Of a stretch of 25,548 bases of DNA, positions 21,538-25,548 are shown one piece after another. This DNA is from Cyanophora paradoxa CCMP329 (lineage: Eukaryota; Plantae; Glaucophyta), in assembly GCA_004431415.1 (NCBI GenBank), contig QPMI01000376.1:1-25548 (forward strand), in the 5' to 3' direction. Every line of letters starts with the position of its first letter. Position 1 is the stretch's first letter. The notes beneath the pieces were generated by a model. That model worked only from the letters and a program-made list of their open reading frames with translations, made no database searches and was not told the DNA's origin. Both the position numbers and the translations under genes were made by a program.

Positions 21538-21689
21538 TAGCCCAAACCCTAACCCTAACCCTAACCCAAACCCTAACTCTAATCCTAACCCTGAGTCTAA
21601 GCCTAATAATAACCCTAAGCCTTACCCTAACCCTAACCCTAACCCTAACCCTAACCCTAACTCTGAGCCTCATACTAACCCTAACCTAA
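21535..21689 (-). repeat. Second interstitial telomeric tract with the same variant pattern as 18684-18838
   Basis: Same ordered series of degenerate hexamers. Confidence 0.95.
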
Positions 21690-23524
21690 TATGCACAAGG
21701 CGCTAGCCTTAGGCAGACAAACCCACCCACCAGCAAGTCAATCAGTCAAAGGCCCCAGGTTTCTGATCTTCCACAAAAAAGACAGATGCATCCCAAATCT
21801 CTCTGGGGGAATATGCACAAGGCGCTAGCCTTAGGCAGATGCCCCATCCACCAGCAAGTCACTCAGTTGAAGGCTGGAAGTTTGGGATCTGCCACAAAAA
21901 AGACAGATGCATCCCAAATCTCTCTAGGGGAATATGCACAAGGCGCTATCCTTAGGCAGATGACCCACCCACCAGCAAGTAACTCATTCGAAGGCCCTAG
22001 GTTTCCAATCAGTCAGAAAATAGAAGAAAGATGCGCCCCAAATGTCTCTGGAGGAATATGCAAAAGGGGCTAGCCTGAGGCAGATGACCCACCCACCAGC
22101 AAGTCACTCAGTCAAATGCCCCAGGTTTCCGATCTGCCAGAAAAAAGAAGACAGATGCATCCCAAATCTCTCTAGGGGAATATGCACAAGGCGCTAGCCG
22201 TAGGCAGATGACCCACCCACCAGCAAGTCACTAAGTCGAAGGCCCCAGGTTTCCAATCTGCCAGAAAATAGAAGAAAGATGCACCCAAAAACTCTCTGGG
22301 GAAATATGCACAAGGCGCTAGCCTTAGGCAGATGACCCACCCACCAGAAAGTCACTCAGTTACAGGCTGGAGGTTTGGGATCTGCCACAAAAAAGACAGA
22401 TGCATCCCGAATCTCTCTAGGGGAATATGCACAAGGCACTTGCCTTAGGCAGATGACCCACCCACCAGCAAGTCACTCAGTTACAGGCTGGAGGTTTGGG
22501 ATCTGCCACCAAAAGACAGATGCATCCCAAATCTCTCTAGGGGAATATGCACAAGGCGCTGGCCTTAGGCAGATGACCCACCCACCAGCAAGTCACTCAG
22601 TTGAAGGCTGGAAGTTTGGGATCTGCCACAAAAAAGACAGATGCATCCCAAATCTCTCTAGGGGAATATGCACAAGGCGCTATCCTTAGGCAGATGACCC
22701 ACCCACCAGCAAGTAACTCATTCGAAGGCCCTAGGTTTCCAATCAGTCAGAAAATAGAAGAAAGATGCGCCCCAAATGTCTCTGGAGGAATATGCAAAAG
22801 GGGCTAGCCTGAGGCAGATGACCCACCCACCAGCAAGTCACTCAGTCAAATGCCCCAGGTTTCCGATCTGCTAGAAAAAAGAAGACAGATGCATCCCAAA
22901 TCTCTCTAGGGGAATATGCACAAGGCGCTAGCCTTAGGCAGATGACCCACCCACCAGCAAGTCACTAAGTCGAAGGCCCCAGGTTTCCAATCTGCCAGAA
23001 AATAGAAGAAAGATGCACCCAAAAACTCTCTGGGAAATATGCACAAGGCGCTAGCCTTAGGCAGATGACCCACCCACCAGCAAGTCACTCAGTTACAGGC
23101 TGGAGGTTTGGGATCTGCCACAAAAAGACAGATGCATCCCGAATCTCTCTAGGGGAATATGCACAAGGCACTTGCCTTAGGCAGATGACCCACCCACCAG
23201 CAAGTCACTCAGTTACAGGCTGGAGGTTTGGGATCTGCCACCAAAAGACAGATGCATCCCAAATCTCTCTAGGGGAATATGCACAAGGCGCTGGCCTTAG
23301 GCAGATGACCCACCCACCAGCAAGTCACTCATTCGAAGGCCCTGGGTTTCCAATCTGCCAGAAAATAGAAGAAAGATGCGCCCCAAATATCTCTTGAGGA
23401 ATATGCAAAAGAAGCTAGCCGTAGGCAGATGACCCACCCACCACCAAGTCACTCAATTACAGGCTGGAGGGTCGGGATCTGCCACAAAAAAGACAGATGC
23501 ATCCCAAATCTCTCTAGGGGAATA
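21688..23524 (-). repeat. Inverted satellite block, about 15 monomers, with a 734-bp six-monomer higher-order repeat
   Basis: Diagnostic variants (aggcgctatcc at 21941 and 22675; caaaaggggctagcctgagg) recur at an offset of 734. Includes shorter variant monomers of about 120-121 bp. Confidence 0.93.
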
Positions 23525-25548
23525 TATTCCCCCAGAGAGATTTGGGGTGCATGTTTCTTCTATTTTGTGGCCGATCGGAAACCTGGGGCCTTCATCTGAG
23601 TGACTTGCTGGTGGGTGGGTCCTCTGCCTAAGGCTAGCGCCTTGTGCATATTCCCCCAGAGGGATTTGGGGTACATCTTTCTTCTATTTTGTTGCGGATC
23701 GGAAACCTGGGGCCTTTGACTGAGTGACTTGCTGGTGGGTGGGTCATCTTCCTAAGGCTAGCGCCTTGTGCATGTTCCCCCAGAGAGATTTGGGGTGCAT
23801 GTTTCTTCTATTTTGTGGCAGATCGGAAACCTGGGGCCTTTGACTGAGTGACTTGCTGGTGGGTGGGTCATCTGCCTAAGGCTAGCCCCTTGTGCATGTT
23901 CCCCCAGAGAGATTTGGGGTGCATCTTTCTTCTTTTTTCTGGCAGATCGGAAACCTGGGGGCCTCGACTGAGTGACTTGCTGGTGGGTGGGTCATCTGCC
24001 TACGGCTAGCACCTTGTGCATATTCCCCCAGAGAGATTTGGGGTGCATGTTTCTTCTATTTTGTGGCCGACCGGAAACCTGGGGCCTTCATCTGAGTGAC
24101 TTGCTGGTGGGTGGGTCCTCTGCCTAAGGCTAGCGCCTTGTGCATGTTCCCCCAGAGAGATTTGGGGTGCATGTTTCTTCTATTTTGTGGCAGATCGGAA
24201 ACCTGGGGCCTTTGACTGAGTGACTTGCTGGTGGGTGGGTCATCTGCCTAAGGCTAGCCCCTTGTGCATGTTCCCCCAGAGAGATTTGGGGTGCATCTTT
24301 CTTCTTTTTTCTGGCAGATCGGAAACCTGGGGGCCTCGACTGAGTGACTTGCTGGTGGGTGGGTCATCTGCCTAAGGCTAGTGCCTTGTGCATATTCCCC
24401 CAGAGAGATTTGGGGTGCATGTTTCTTCTATTTTGTGGCAGATCGGAAACCTGGGGCCTCTGACTGAGTGTCTTGCTTTTGGGAGGGTCATCTGCCTAAG
24501 GCTAGCGCCTTTTGCATATTCCCCCAGAGAGATTTGAAGTGCATCCTTCTTCTATTTTGTGGCAGATCGGAAACCTGGGGCCTTTGACTGAGTGTCTTGC
24601 TTTTGGGAGGGTCATCTGCCTAAGGCTAGCGCCTTGTGCATGTTCCCCCAGAGAGATTTGAAGTGCATCTTTCTTCTATTTTGTGGCCGATTGGAAACCA
24701 GGGGCCTATGACTGAGTGACTTGCTGGTGGGTGGGTCATCTGCCTAAGGCTAGCGCCTTGTGCATCTTCCCCCAGAGAGATTTGGGGTGCATCTTTCTCC
24801 TCTTTTTGGCAGATCGGAAACCTGGGGCCTTCGACTGAGTGACTTGCTGGTGGGTGGGTCATCTGCCTACGGCTAGCACCTTGTGCATATTCCCCCAGAG
24901 AGATTTGGGGTGCATGTTTCTTCTATTTTGTGGCCGATCGGAAACCAGGGGCCTATGACTGAGTGACTTGCTGGTGGGTGGGTCCTCTGCCTAAGGCTAG
25001 CGCCTTGTGCATATTCCCCCAGAGGGATTTGGGGTACATCTTTCTTCTATTTTGTTGTGGATCGGAAACCTGGGGCCTTTGACTGAGTGACTTGCTGGTG
25101 GGTGGGTCCTCTGCCTAAGGCTAGCGCCTTGTGCATATTCCCCCAGAGAGATTTGGGGTGCATGTTTCTTCTATTTTGTGGCTGATCGGAAACCTGGGGC
25201 CTTCATCTGAGTGACTTGCTGGTGGGTGGGTCCTCTGCCTAAGGCTAGCGCCTTGTGCATATTCCCCCAGAGAGATTTGAAGTGCATCTTTCTTCTATTT
25301 TGTGGCAGATCGGAAACCTGGGGCCTTTGACTGAGTGACTTGCTGGTGGGTGGGTCATCTTCCTAAGGCTAGCGCCTTGTGCATATTCCCCCAGAGAGAT
25401 TTGAAGTGCATCTTTCTTCTATTTTGTGGCAGATCGGAAACCTGGGGCCTTTGACTGAGTGACTTGCTGGTGGGTGGGTCATCTGCCTAAGGCTAGCGCC
25501 TTGTGCATATTCCCCCAGAGAGATTTGGGGTGCATCTTTCTTCTTTTT
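23525..25548 (+). repeat. Forward 124-bp satellite array, about 16 monomers, runs off the right edge
   Basis: Same consensus, in a subfamily dominated by gatcggaaac rather than gatgagaaac. Confidence 0.97.

Larger units (their letters stand above)
16220..21920. repeat. Tandem segmental duplication, unit about 2851 bp (element 5' part, telomeric tract, satellite)
   Basis: ccattgcagatcatcag occurs at 16221 and 19072; telomeric tracts start at 18684 and 21535; a few substitutions separate the copies. Confidence 0.93.

Noticed and set aside
18684-21689. Two independent telomerase-addition events
   Set aside because: The identical degenerate hexamer patterns show a single event that was later duplicated.
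23930-24020. 5S rRNA-derived satellite (similar size; gatcggaa, gggcct and agtgacttg..tggg motifs)
   Set aside because: The matches are short, gapped and not colinear over the monomer. A covariance-model search against 5S rRNA would be needed to support it.

Overview
Eukaryotic repeat-rich region that looks subtelomeric; the host uses TTAGGG-type telomere repeats. About 11 kb is a 124-bp GC-rich tandem satellite: forward at 1-6872 and 23525-25548, inverted at 18837-19070 and 21688-23524, with a spacerless fold-back junction at 23524/23525. Between the arrays lie three co-oriented minus-strand Ty3/gypsy-type LTR retrotransposon copies plus one extra RT fragment. The three copies keep LTR sequence, a PBS and gag, but all are 3'-truncated: no integrase, PPT or 3' LTR is visible. 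Two copies, within a 2851-bp tandem duplication, are fused through their LTR to about 26 degenerate telomeric hexamers that in turn join the satellite. The elements show a conserved -1 gag-pol frameshift cassette, an apparent non-AUG (GUG) gag start, a shared +1 break inside gag and several in-frame chimeric junctions between element families. One intact, intronless DUF707-like glycosyltransferase gene (12609-13514) sits among degenerate satellite-related inverted repeats. All calls were made by eye and no searches were run.
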